NCBI GenBank assembly: GCA_035285125.1
Contig: JAYKHR010000045.1
Coordinates: forward strand, 110,412 to 174,411
DNA from: Candidatus Sericytochromatia bacterium
GTDB lineage: Bacteria; Cyanobacteriota; Sericytochromatia; S15B-MN24; JAQBPE01
DNA: 64,000 nt
Reading direction: 5' to 3'
Shown: one piece after another, positions 1 through 9,197 of the stretch
Position numbering within the stretch: position 1 is the first letter of the stretch
Layout: each line of letters begins with the position of its first letter
Program-made: the position numbers and the translations under genes
Notes under the pieces: generated by a model
Seen by the model: only the letters and a program-made list of their open reading frames with translations
What the model was told of the DNA's origin: nothing
Databases searched by the model: none

Positions 1-213
1 CTTCAGGACTACGTCTCACGGGAGGTGGGGGTGCGGGTCTGGGTGAGCCCCTCGGGTCACGTGGCGCGCACCCAAGTCGTGCGCTCCAGCGGCCGCCGGG
101 ACGTCGACCAGGCCGCGCTGGAGGCAGTCGGGGCCTGGCGCTTCGCCCCCTGGCCGGCAGGCCCTGGGTTGGATCAGGTGGAAGACCTCGTGGTGCCGGT
201 CTCGCCGCGCTGA
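1..213 (+). CDS. Window-truncated 3' end of the TonB C-terminal-domain protein (mirror copy of 57656..57868)
   Basis: Frame-1 translation ...LQDYVSREVGVRVWVSPSGHVARTQVVRSSGRRDVDQAALEAVGAWRFAPWPAG... matches the C-terminus of the 57656..58417(-) product. It shows a TonB_C-like pattern (V.V.V....G.V......SSG...LD.AA..AV..W.F.P). TGA at 211-213. Confidence 0.7.
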   Translation, partial: LQDYVSREVGVRVWVSPSGHVARTQVVRSSGRRDVDQAALEAVGAWRFAPWPAGPGLDQVEDLVVPVSPR

Positions 214-224
214 CGCGTCCCGCG

Positions 225-275
225 CGGCCATTTATTTGACGTATCAAAATATTTCCAGGCAAAATAGTCTCCGCA
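225..275 (+). promoter_or_regulatory. AT-rich island upstream of the RND operon with a -35-like TTGACG and the inverted repeat TTGA-cgta-TCAA
   Basis: catttatttgacgtatcaaaatatttccaggcaaaatagtc is much more AT-rich than the surrounding DNA. TTGACG lies at 236-241 and TTGAcgtaTCAA at 236-247. I could not place a convincing -10 box. Confidence 0.25.
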
Positions 276-320
276 GGCCGGTCCACGCCGCCACCCGCGC
301 CCCGGAGGTCCTAGCTCCCA

Positions 321-1607
321 ATGCGTCGTAGCCTCGTCGTTGTCCCCCTGTTGCTCGGCATCGCGGCAGCCCCTCTCGCCTGCAAGGCCAAGCAAGAGGA
401 GAAGCCGGCCGAGGTCCCCGCCGTCCTGACGGTGGAGACCCGGCCTGTCGAGGCGCGGCAGCTGCCGCGCACGCTGGAGGTCACGGGCTCCGTCGCCGCG
501 TGGGAGCCGATGCCCGTCATCCCGGCGGCCAACGGCCTGCGGGTCGTGGCCGTGACCGCCGAGGAGGGCCAGATGGTGGGCCGCGGGCAGGTGCTCGCGG
601 TGCTCGACGACGCCACGCTGAAGGCGCAGCTCGACGCGGCCCGCGCCCGGGCCCGCATCGCGGAGGCCCAGCTGCAGAAGGCCCGCCACCCGATGCGCCT
701 GCAGGACCTCCGCAGCACGGAGGCCGCGCTCGTGCAGGCCGAGGCCGCGGCCCGGCAGGCGCAGGACGCCTACGTGCGCAGCCAGGCTTTGGCAGCCGAG
801 GGTGCCGTGACGCCGATGGAGCTCGTGGGCCGCCAGGCCGCGGCCGAGCAGGCCCGCGCGGCGGCCGACCAGGCCCGCGAGCGGCTCTCGCTCGCCCGCG
901 AGGGCTCGCGGCCGGAGGACCTGGCCATTGCCGAGGCCCAGGCCGACGAGGCCCGCGCCACCCTGGCCCAGATGGAGGCGCTGCACGCCCAGACGCGCGT
1001 CAAGGCGCCGGACGCGGGCAAGATCATCCGCAAGGACGTCCACCTCGGGGATGCCTCCGCCGTCGGCAAGGCGATGTTCCAGATGGTCCGGCTGGGCCGG
1101 CTGCAGGTGGAGGCGCTCGTGCCCGAGGCCGACCTCGGCCAGGTGAGGCCGGGCCTGCTGGCCCGCGTGGGCTCGGATGCCAGGCCCGACCTGCAGGCGA
1201 GCGGCGTCATCCGGGAGGTCAGCCCGGCGGTGGACCTCGCGAGCCGCCAGGCCACCATCCGCATCGACATCCCGGAGGCCTCGGGCCTGCGCGTGGGGAT
1301 GTTCGTGCGGGCCCAGCTGGCGCTCGGGCAGGTGTCCGCGCTGACCGTGCCCGCATCGGCCGTCGTCACGAAGGAGGCGGGCAGCGAGGTGTTCGTGCTG
1401 GATGGCAGCATCGCCCGCAGCCGCAGCGTCGTGCCTGGGGCCAGGGCCGGGGGCTGGGTGGCGATCGCCGAGGGCCTCAAGGCCGGCGAGCAGGTCATCA
1501 CGGCCGGCGTCGGCTTCCTGAAGGACGGTGACAAGGTCGACGTCGCGCCGCCGAAGGCCGCCTCGCCGGGCAAGCCACAGCCAGGGAAAGCCACCGCGGG
1601 CTCCTGA
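321..1607 (+). CDS. RND efflux periplasmic adaptor (membrane-fusion protein, HlyD/AcrA family), lipoprotein
   Basis: 428 aa. Signal peptide plus lipobox (LLLGIAAAPLAC). Long Ala/Gln/Arg-rich coiled-coil hairpin (about residues 95-215) flanked by beta-rich segments (VKAPDAGKIIRKDV, GMFVRAQLAL). GGAGG upstream of the ATG. Stop is 16 nt before the RND permease ATG. Confidence 0.9.
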   Translation: MRRSLVVVPLLLGIAAAPLACKAKQEEKPAEVPAVLTVETRPVEARQLPRTLEVTGSVAAWEPMPVIPAANGLRVVAVTAEEGQMVGRGQVLAVLDDATLKAQLDAARARARIAEAQLQKARHPMRLQDLRSTEAALVQAEAAARQAQDAYVRSQALAAEGAVTPMELVGRQAAAEQARAAADQARERLSLAREGSRPEDLAIAEAQADEARATLAQMEALHAQTRVKAPDAGKIIRKDVHLGDASAVGKAMFQMVRLGRLQVEALVPEADLGQVRPGLLARVGSDARPDLQASGVIREVSPAVDLASRQATIRIDIPEASGLRVGMFVRAQLALGQVSALTVPASAVVTKEAGSEVFVLDGSIARSRSVVPGARAGGWVAIAEGLKAGEQVITAGVGFLKDGDKVDVAPPKAASPGKPQPGKATAGS

Positions 1608-1622
1608 GGCGAGAGGCCCGCC

Positions 1623-4600
1623 ATGAACGTCTCTGCCTGGGCCATCAAGCGCCCCATCCCCGTCATCCTGCTCTTCTTGATGCTGACCCTGGTGGGGCTC
1701 TTCAGCTACCTCCGGCTCGGCGTCAACGACAACCCCGACGTCGACTTCCCCCTCATCGTGGTGGCTGTCTCGCAGGCCGGTGCCTCCCCGGCCGAGCTCG
1801 AGACCGAGGTCACGCGCAAGGTCGAGGACTCGCTCGTCGGCATCACGGGGCTCGACCACATCACCTCGACCGTCTCGGAGGGCGTGTCGACGACGGTGTG
1901 CGAGTTCAAGATTGGCACCCGCTCCGAGACGGCGCTGAACGACGTCCGGGACGCCGTCTCGAGGATCCGCCAGACGCTGCCCGGCGACATCACCGAGCCC
2001 TCCATCACGCACCCCAACTTCAGCGGCGAGCCCTTCGCCACCTTCACCGTCTCGTCGACCAGGCGCCCGATGGCCGAGCTGTCGCGCCTCATCGACGAGG
2101 ACATCACCCGCTCCTTGCTGGCCGTGCCGGGCGTCGCGCAGGTGCGCCGCTCCGGCGGGCTGACGCGGGAGGTGCGGATCGACCTCGAGCCTGCCCGGCT
2201 GCGGGCCCACAGGCTCACGGTGGAGGACGTGAACGGGCAGCTCAGGCAGGCCAACGTCAACCTGCCCGGCGGCCGCGCCGACGCCGGCGGGCGCGAGCAG
2301 TCGATCCGGACGCTCGGCTCCGCTGGCTCGGTGGAGGCGCTGGCCCGGCTGCCGATCGCCCTGCCGCAGGGCGGCACCGTCAGGCTCGACGCGCTCGGGC
2401 GGGTCGCGGACAGCCACGCGGAGGTGCGGCAGAAGGCGTTCCTGAACGGCCAGCCGTGCGTGGCGTTCTCCGTCGTGCGCTCGCAGGGCTCGCCCCTCGT
2501 GCAGACCGAGGAGGCCACCCGCCAGCAGGTCGAGGCGCTCGCGGCCACGCTGCCGCCGGACGTGAAGGTCGAGCTCATCCGCACGATGGCGGACTTCACG
2601 CGGGACTCCCACGAGGCCACGATGGACGCGCTGTACCTCGGCTCGGCGCTGGCCGTGGCCGTGATCTTCATCTTCCTGCGCAATGGCCAGGCGCTGTTCA
2701 TCTCGGCGCTCGCCATCCCGCTCTCGGTGATCGCGACCTTCGGCGTCATGAAGCTGCTCGGCTACACCCTCAACGGGATGACGACGCTGGCGCTCACGCT
2801 CGTGGTCGGCATCCTCGTGGACGATGCGATCGTCGACCTCGAGAACATCTACCGCCACATCGCGATGGGCAAGTCGCCCATGAGGGCTGCCCTGGAGGCC
2901 ACCGACGAGATCGGCCTCGCCATCGTCGCCACCACCATGACGATCGTCGCCGTGTTCATCCCGGTGGGCTTTATGGGCGGCATCCCCGGGATGTTCTTCC
3001 GCTCGTTCGGCGTCACGGTGGCCGTGGCCGTGCTGTTCTCGCTGCTGGTCGCCCGGACCCTCACGCCGATGATGGCCGCCCACCTGCTGCCGGAGCGGCT
3101 CGCCCACGCCGAGGACCGGGCGCCCTGGCGCGAGCCCTACATGCGCCTGCTCGAGTGGGCCCTCGCCCACCGCTGGAAGACGCTGACCGGGGCCCTGGCC
3201 GTGTTCGTCGGCTCGATGGCGCTGGTGCCCGTGATCCCCAAGGGCTTCATCGACCTCGGCGACATCGGCCAGGCCATGGTCCAGATCTCCCTCCCCGCAG
3301 GCTCCACGATCGAGGAGACGGAGCGCGTGGTGATGGAGACGAGCCAGCTGCTCGCGGCCCGGCCGGAGTCCCAGCTGGTCTTCGCGACCGTCGGCTCGGC
3401 CTCGAACTCGGCCGGGGGCTCCCTGGTGCAGTCGGCCAGCTCCGTCACGCGCGGCACCGTGAACGTGGTGCTCAAGCCCCGCGACCAGCGCACGCTGACG
3501 CTGGAGGCATTCCAGGACCAGCTGCGCCCGGAGCTTGCCCGCATCCCGGGCGCGCGCGTGGCCTTCGCCCAGTTCGGGGCGACGGGCTCCGCCAAGCCCG
3601 TGAACGTGCTGCTGCGCGGCTCGGACGGCCGGCTGCTCGAGCAGGTGGGGGCGCAGGTGCTCAAGGAGATGCGCACCCTGCCAGAGCTGCGGGACGTCAC
3701 GAGCACCGCCGCGGAGCTCCGTCCGGAGGTCGTGATCAGGCCCCACCTGACGCGCGCCGCCGAGCAGGGGGTCTCCGTCGCGGCCATCGGGCGGGTGGCC
3801 CGCCTCGCGACCCAGGGCGATGCCGAGTTCAACCTCGCCAAGTTCAACGCCGACTCGCGCCAGCTGAACATCCGCGTGCAGCTTGCCCCGTCGGCGCGGG
3901 CCGACCTGGCCGCCATCGGAGACCTCCTGGTGCCCGGCCGGGCTGGCCTCGTGCCCCTGCGGACGGTGGCCGACCTCCACTTCGGCACGGGCCCCGTGCA
4001 GATCGACCGCTACGACCGCGCCCGCCAGATCACCTTCACGGCCAACCTGACGGCCGGCGACATGGGCACGGCCCTCGCGAAGGTCGCCGAGCTGCCCAGC
4101 ATCAAGGCCCTGCCGGCCGGCATCACCCAGGGCACGGTGGGCGAGTCCAAGGTGATGATGGACATCTTCACCGAGACCCTGATCGCCCTCGGCACGGGCA
4201 TCATGGCCATCTACGCCGTGCTGGTGCTGCTCTTCGGGGGCTTCCTGCAGCCGCTGACCATCATGATGGCGCTGCCCCTGTCCATCGGCGGGGCGATGGC
4301 CGGCCTGCTGGTCTTCGGCAAGGAGCTCGGTCTCTACGCGCTCATCGGCGTGATGATGCTGATGGGCCTCGTCACCAAGAACTCGATCCTGCTCGTCGAG
4401 TACGCGCAGATGGCCCGCAACCAGGGCGCCACGCGCCGGGAGGCGCTGCTGCGCGCCGGGCGCGACCGCCTGCGGCCCATCTTGATGACGACGATCGCCA
4501 TGATCGCCGGCATGCTGCCCATCGCCCTGGAGCTGGGCACGGGCACCGAGATCCTCTCGCCGATGGCCGTCGCCGTGATCGGGGGGCTCGTCACCTCCAC

Positions 4601-4742
4601 GCTGTTCACGCTCGTCGTGATCCCGGCGGCCTTCACCCTCATCGACGACATCCAGCGCACGGCCTGGGGCTGGCTCGGCAAGCGGCTGCCGGCGCCGGAC
4701 GAGCCGGGCGACGGGGCCGCGCCGGCAGAGCCGACGGCCTAG
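1623..4742 (+). CDS. RND efflux permease, AcrB/HAE1 family
   Basis: 1039 aa. N-terminus [29 protein letters not shown]. Two large periplasmic loops between hydrophobic blocks. Conserved TM4-type motif [17 protein letters not shown] and TM10/11-type [14 protein letters not shown]. Confidence 0.95.
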   Translation: MNVSAWAIKRPIPVILLFLMLTLVGLFSYLRLGVNDNPDVDFPLIVVAVSQAGASPAELETEVTRKVEDSLVGITGLDHITSTVSEGVSTTVCEFKIGTRSETALNDVRDAVSRIRQTLPGDITEPSITHPNFSGEPFATFTVSSTRRPMAELSRLIDEDITRSLLAVPGVAQVRRSGGLTREVRIDLEPARLRAHRLTVEDVNGQLRQANVNLPGGRADAGGREQSIRTLGSAGSVEALARLPIALPQGGTVRLDALGRVADSHAEVRQKAFLNGQPCVAFSVVRSQGSPLVQTEEATRQQVEALAATLPPDVKVELIRTMADFTRDSHEATMDALYLGSALAVAVIFIFLRNGQALFISALAIPLSVIATFGVMKLLGYTLNGMTTLALTLVVGILVDDAIVDLENIYRHIAMGKSPMRAALEATDEIGLAIVATTMTIVAVFIPVGFMGGIPGMFFRSFGVTVAVAVLFSLLVARTLTPMMAAHLLPERLAHAEDRAPWREPYMRLLEWALAHRWKTLTGALAVFVGSMALVPVIPKGFIDLGDIGQAMVQISLPAGSTIEETERVVMETSQLLAARPESQLVFATVGSASNSAGGSLVQSASSVTRGTVNVVLKPRDQRTLTLEAFQDQLRPELARIPGARVAFAQFGATGSAKPVNVLLRGSDGRLLEQVGAQVLKEMRTLPELRDVTSTAAELRPEVVIRPHLTRAAEQGVSVAAIGRVARLATQGDAEFNLAKFNADSRQLNIRVQLAPSARADLAAIGDLLVPGRAGLVPLRTVADLHFGTGPVQIDRYDRARQITFTANLTAGDMGTALAKVAELPSIKALPAGITQGTVGESKVMMDIFTETLIALGTGIMAIYAVLVLLFGGFLQPLTIMMALPLSIGGAMAGLLVFGKELGLYALIGVMMLMGLVTKNSILLVEYAQMARNQGATRREALLRAGRDRLRPILMTTIAMIAGMLPIALELGTGTEILSPMAVAVIGGLVTSTLFTLVVIPAAFTLIDDIQRTAWGWLGKRLPAPDEPGDGAAPAEPTA

Positions 4743-5644
4743 GGCGCGGGCATCGGCAGGCCTGCCCGCCAGGCCCGGCGCAGCGCCACGGCCCGGTCGA
4801 CCTCGTTGGTGACGAGCCCATCCACGCCCCAGCGCAGCAGCCGCGCCATGGCCGCGGGCTCGTCCACCGTCCAGGCGAACAGCGGCAGCCCCTGCCCGTG
4901 GGCGGCCGCGACGACGGGGCCGCCGAGGGCCTCGTGCCAGCTCAGCACCAGGTCGGCGTGCGCGCCCAGCGCCCGGGTGGGCGGTGGCTCCAGCGGCCGC
5001 ACCAGCAGGCCGAGGGGGCGGTCGGGCGCCAGCCCCGCCAGCCGGCGCAGCGCGGCGCGGTGGAAGGAAATCAAGATGGCGCCGCCCGGCGGCGTGTGGC
5101 TGCCCAGCGCCTCGGCCACGCGCCGCACGAGCCCGGGGTGGGCCTCCTTGAGCTCGACCACCGCCACGGCCCGGCCCGCGAGCACCGCCAGCGCCTCCGC
5201 TACGGTGGGCACGGGCTCCCCGCGCCAGCGCGGGTGCTTCCAGCCACCCGCGTCGAGCCGCCGCAGCTCGGCGAGCGTCAGGCTGGCGACCTCCCCCCGG
5301 CCGCTGGTGGTGCGATCCACGGTGGGGTCGTGCATGAGCACGGCCTCCCCGTCGCGCGTGAGGCGCACGTCGAACTCGACGGCATCGGCCCCCGCCTCGA
5401 CGGCGGCCCGCAGGCTGGCGAGGGTGTTCTCGGGGGCCAGGGCCGAGTAGCCCCGGTGGGCGACGATCCAGGGCCGCGGGAGCGCGGGCAGGGGCCGCTT
5501 GTGGTAGGCCGCCGGGGCGGCCTGCCCCGACCAGGCGACGAGCTGCTCGCCGATGGCCCGCCCCCCCCGCGCCAGCGGGGCGCACGCCGTTGCCAGGGCC
5601 ACGTGAGCCACGAGCGCCGCCGCCAGCGCATGCCGCCTGCCCAT
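4739..5644 (-). CDS. Glycerophosphodiester phosphodiesterase (GDPD) family protein, secreted or lipoprotein
   Basis: Motifs WIVAHRGYSALAPENTL, AVEFDVRLTRDGEAVLMHD and LFAWTVDEP. Hydrophobic N-terminus MGRRHALAAALVAHVALATAC. The ORF runs up to 5674, but I prefer the ATG at 5644. Its stop overlaps the RND stop (CTAG 4739-4742). Confidence 0.85.
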   Translation of the reverse strand: MGRRHALAAALVAHVALATACAPLARGGRAIGEQLVAWSGQAAPAAYHKRPLPALPRPWIVAHRGYSALAPENTLASLRAAVEAGADAVEFDVRLTRDGEAVLMHDPTVDRTTSGRGEVASLTLAELRRLDAGGWKHPRWRGEPVPTVAEALAVLAGRAVAVVELKEAHPGLVRRVAEALGSHTPPGGAILISFHRAALRRLAGLAPDRPLGLLVRPLEPPPTRALGAHADLVLSWHEALGGPVVAAAHGQGLPLFAWTVDEPAAMARLLRWGVDGLVTNEVDRAVALRRAWRAGLPMPAP

Positions 5645-5678
5645 GGGCCGGCCCCCCTTTCCCGTGCCCCGCACGCCG

Positions 5679-7592
5679 TCAGAGCATGAAGCCGTAGAGC
5701 ACCTCGCCGTCGGGCGAGACCGTCAGCCCGCTGACGGGCCGCTCGGGCGTCCCCCGGTCCCACTCGACGTGGTGGGTCGCGCCCGTGTCGACGTCCACCG
5801 CCAGCACGCTCGTGCCGATGGCATACGCATACACGACCACCGGCTGCGTGGCGACCAGGGCGGCGGTGTCGTAGCTCGACACGTACAGCTCGCGCCGGCG
5901 CCAGGAGTACGCCAGCGTGCGGCCCATGAAGATGTTGTCGACCAGCAGGGTGTTCGTGCCGCCGTTGGCGGGGTTCACGGCCCAGATGGCCGTCCACCGC
6001 GTGTCCCCAGCCTTGGGGTGCTGGGCCAGCAGCCAGCCCGGCGGGCTCGAGTAGCCCGGCGTCACGTCGAAGGCGACGTCGTAGCACCGGCTGCTGGCCG
6101 GCAGCCGCTCGACGGGTGGGTGCCCGACGGCCACCGGCACCGTCGCTGGCGGCGTGCCCGTGACCTCGTAGAGCGAGGCGCCCTGGGCGGCGCGGTCGTT
6201 CGCGAGGTAGAGCCGCTCGCCGAAGCGCCGGAAGGCGTTGTAGACGTTGGATGCCGACTCGATGGGCATGTACGGCTGCCACGTGAACGCGCTGAGGCTG
6301 GCATCAACGGGCGTGCCGCGCAGGAGCTGCTCCGAGTCGCCGTGGGCCAGCACGGCGGCGCTGCCGGGCTCCCGGACGGCGCCACGAACGGCATTCTGCC
6401 AGGCCGTGGCCACCGGGTCGCGCAGCACCCCGGTCCCGGTGTCGTAGATGCGCAGCTCGGGGCCGTGGGCGAGCAGGATGTACCGGGAATCGTAGAACGA
6501 GCCGTACCAGCGCGTCACGCGGGCGGGGTTGGCCGGCCGCCCCATGTCGACGAGCCGGAAGCGGCTGCCCAGACCATCCCGCCGCCGCTTGCGCTCGGGC
6601 GTGGGCACCCAGCCAGCCGGCTCACCCGTCAGCCGCAGGCCCGGCGCCAGCCCGCTGAAGCCCAGCTCACCCGCCACCCCGATCGTCGGCCGGTCGAGCG
6701 GGAAGTCCTCCGCCGTGAAGGGGACGGTGCCGGACGCCACCGCGAGCGGCTCGAGCGGGAGCCGTGCAAGCTCGGCGCGCACGGCCCCGTCCAGCGCGGC
6801 AAAGGCGCCAAGCCGGCCGAGCGCCGCCCGCAGGGCGTCCGAGGAGGCCGCCAGCCCGTCCGGGCCGAGGCCCGTGACGAGGTCGTCGGCCCAGGCCGGC
6901 TGCCTGGCGAGGGCCTCCTCGAGCGCCGCCACGGCCCGCCTGGCGGCCTCGAAGGCCTGCGCCACGCCGGCCTCCCGGGCCGCCTGCGGCCGCAGCAACT
7001 GGAGCTTGAAGACGCCCTGGAAGGCGCGAGCGGCGGCCGTGCTCGCGGGGCTGAGCACGAGCCGCAGCGTCACGTCGCCGGCCTCGCGCAGGGCGTAGCC
7101 CCGGGCAGGCGCGGCCAGGAGCCGCCCCTGGCCGTCGAGCAGCGCGACGAAGGCCTGGGAACCCGTCTTCGCGACCAGCCGGACGACCTGGCCTGCCGCC
7201 AGCGGCGGCAGCGCAAGGTCGAAGGCCCCGGCCGCGTCCGTCCGCAGGGTGCCGCCGCCGGCCTCCTCCCAGGCCGTGAGGGGCACCGCCCGCCCCGTGG
7301 CGAGGTCCCAGGCCGTGAGGCTGGCGCCCTCCACGGGCTGGCCGTTAACGGCCACGCTGCCGAGCAGCCGGCGGCGGATGGCGGGCAGGGGCGTCGCAGG
7401 CGCCGGGGCGGGCGAGGCCGACGCCGGCGGTGGTGAGGCGCTGCCCGGGGCGGAGGGCGCCAGGGACGCGGGAGGCCCTCCCCCCGGAGCCGCGCCTGCC
7501 GTCGGCGCCGGGCTCAGCCCGGCCGGCGGGGCACAGCTCGGCAGCAGGAAGGCTCCGACCAGGAGGGACAGGGCGAGGCGCGAGGGGACCAC
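5679..7592 (-). CDS. Lipoprotein of unknown function: Pro/Ala-rich linker, carboxypeptidase-regulatory-like beta-sandwich, Ala-rich helical region and a beta-rich C-terminal domain
   Basis: 637 aa. GTG start preceded by GGAGAA. Signal plus lipobox-like LLPSCAPP. VAVNGQPVEGASLTAWDLATGRAV...TDAAGAFDL resembles CarboxypepD_reg-type sandwiches. The architecture parallels the three large paralogs at 22273..28934. Confidence 0.7.
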   Translation of the reverse strand: MVPSRLALSLLVGAFLLPSCAPPAGLSPAPTAGAAPGGGPPASLAPSAPGSASPPPASASPAPAPATPLPAIRRRLLGSVAVNGQPVEGASLTAWDLATGRAVPLTAWEEAGGGTLRTDAAGAFDLALPPLAAGQVVRLVAKTGSQAFVALLDGQGRLLAAPARGYALREAGDVTLRLVLSPASTAAARAFQGVFKLQLLRPQAAREAGVAQAFEAARRAVAALEEALARQPAWADDLVTGLGPDGLAASSDALRAALGRLGAFAALDGAVRAELARLPLEPLAVASGTVPFTAEDFPLDRPTIGVAGELGFSGLAPGLRLTGEPAGWVPTPERKRRRDGLGSRFRLVDMGRPANPARVTRWYGSFYDSRYILLAHGPELRIYDTGTGVLRDPVATAWQNAVRGAVREPGSAAVLAHGDSEQLLRGTPVDASLSAFTWQPYMPIESASNVYNAFRRFGERLYLANDRAAQGASLYEVTGTPPATVPVAVGHPPVERLPASSRCYDVAFDVTPGYSSPPGWLLAQHPKAGDTRWTAIWAVNPANGGTNTLLVDNIFMGRTLAYSWRRRELYVSSYDTAALVATQPVVVYAYAIGTSVLAVDVDTGATHHVEWDRGTPERPVSGLTVSPDGEVLYGFML

Positions 7593-7726
7593 GGCGGTTC
7601 TCCGGCAAGCCGTTCAGGGACCGACCCCGCTCGTACCCCGCCCAGGGCCGTGACATACGTCGCCGCCTCGATCCTTTCCCTGGCGCGCCTGAAAGCGCGC
7701 GTTGCCCGGCCGGACCCGGTCCCCGC

Positions 7727-9022
7727 TCAGGCCCGAGAGGCCGTAAAGACGACGGGTTCAGCCGGGCGTGCGGATACGGGCAAGGTGACGACGAAGTTGC
7801 TTCCCTCGCCTGGCGTGCTGGTCACCGTCAGCGTTCCCTGGTGCCCCCCCTCGATGATCGCACGGCTGAGCGTCAGGCCAAGTCCGAGGCCCCGGCTCCC
7901 CGACTGGCCGGGACAGGCCTGGAAGAACGGTTCGAAAACCCGAGCCAGGTGCTCGGGTTCGATGCCGACCCCCGTGTCGACCACCCGCAGCTCGGCGGCA
8001 CGTGGCATCCTGGCCAGCTGCACCTCCACGCGCCCCCCGGCCGGGGTCGCCTTGCGCGCGTTATCAAGGAGGTTTTGCAGCACCTGGTTCAGGCGGTCTG
8101 CATCGGCCTCGATGGAGACCCCTTCTGACGGCATGTCCGTGACCAGCGTGATGCCTGCCGCGTCGAACGCTGGCCGCTGCGCGTTCGTCACCTGGTGCAC
8201 CAGGTCGTTCAACTGGGTGGGGCCCTTCTCGCAGGAGAGTCCATGCGTTCGCAAGCGAGCCAGCTCGAACACGTCATTCACCAGGCGTTTCAGCACCAGG
8301 GACTGCTCCTCGGCCACTTGGAGCAGCCCCGCGGTCGGCTCGGCCAGAGCCTGACCCTGACCGCTCCTCAGAATGTGAAGCGCGGTGATCACGGAGGTAA
8401 GGGGCGTCCTGAGCTCGTGGCCGATGGTGGTGATGAACTGATACTTCGCGGCATCCAGCCGGGCCAGCTCCTCGTTGTGGAGGCGCAACTGCGCGTTCGT
8501 GGTTTCGATCAGGAAGACCAGCATGCCAACCCCAACCATCAGGTTCAGCACCATCGAAACCGAGTACCCGACCCAGGCCCAGGGCGTGTGCGCCAGGACA
8601 GGATAGGAGAAAAACCAGAGGCCGGAGATGACAACGGGCAGGCCCAGGAATCTGGAGCCGGCGGCCTGGTGGGTTCGCAGGATGCTCCATCCCAGCCACA
8701 CGTGGAGCCAAGAATAGGCAAGCATGGAGGGCAGGACCACCACATTGAAAGGCTGCCCCCACGCAGCAAGGCCGGCGCCAGGAAGGCCAGTAGCCACCAA
8801 GAAAAGGGGGAGGCGACGCGCGGTCATCGGGGCGTCACGGCGCAAGACCCGAGAGGCCTGAACGAGGCACCAGCAAATCGCGTTGACCAGGACAACTTCC
8901 AGACCCCACAACCATCCGGGACGTCCAAAGAAGGCTGCAAACATCTCGGACAGCAGGAGGCAAAGCCCCCCCCGTAGGCGCACAGCCACAGTCTGAAGAA
9001 CGGGGTCTGGTGGTGCCTCCAA
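7727..9022 (-). CDS. Sensor histidine kinase (polytopic N-terminus, HisKA + HATPase_c); no adjacent response regulator. The N-terminus probably extends to GTG 9096 through a frameshift at 8966-8973
   Basis: H-box FITTIGHELRTPLTSV. N-box LNQVLQNLLDNARKAT. G1 VVDTGVGIEPEHLARVFEPFFQ. G2 GSRGLGLGLTLSRAII. Several hydrophobic helices lie upstream of the HisKA domain. See the finding on the C8 tract. Confidence 0.9.
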   Translation of the reverse strand: MEAPPDPVLQTVAVRLRGGLCLLLSEMFAAFFGRPGWLWGLEVVLVNAICWCLVQASRVLRRDAPMTARRLPLFLVATGLPGAGLAAWGQPFNVVVLPSMLAYSWLHVWLGWSILRTHQAAGSRFLGLPVVISGLWFFSYPVLAHTPWAWVGYSVSMVLNLMVGVGMLVFLIETTNAQLRLHNEELARLDAAKYQFITTIGHELRTPLTSVITALHILRSGQGQALAEPTAGLLQVAEEQSLVLKRLVNDVFELARLRTHGLSCEKGPTQLNDLVHQVTNAQRPAFDAAGITLVTDMPSEGVSIEADADRLNQVLQNLLDNARKATPAGGRVEVQLARMPRAAELRVVDTGVGIEPEHLARVFEPFFQACPGQSGSRGLGLGLTLSRAIIEGGHQGTLTVTSTPGEGSNFVVTLPVSARPAEPVVFTASRA

Positions 9023-9197
9023 ATCCAGGCTGACATAACCAAGATCGTCGCCACGCCAAGGACGTTGCTGATACTGGCCTGCTCAACTTGTGTCACAATG
9101 GCTCCGTGGAGGTTTCGAAGTCGTGCGCACCCGTGTGTCGCCAATTTTCCACGGTCAACAATAGCGGACCCTGCAGGAAAGGTTCAACCATCCTCCG

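Noticed and set aside
174-5585. 1803-aa ORF on the minus strand (twin at 52284..57695), the longest ORF in the track
   Set aside because: The translation is Arg/Gly/Ala/Pro/His-rich low complexity with no motifs. It lies antisense to three well-supported genes (adaptor, RND permease, GDPD). This is a typical stop-codon-poor wrong frame in ~70% GC DNA.
1898-5689. 1263-aa ORF on the plus strand overlapping the RND permease out of frame (twin at 52180..55971)
   Set aside because: It has the same junk composition (RRRAGRP-type runs). The in-frame AcrB-type translation explains the region.
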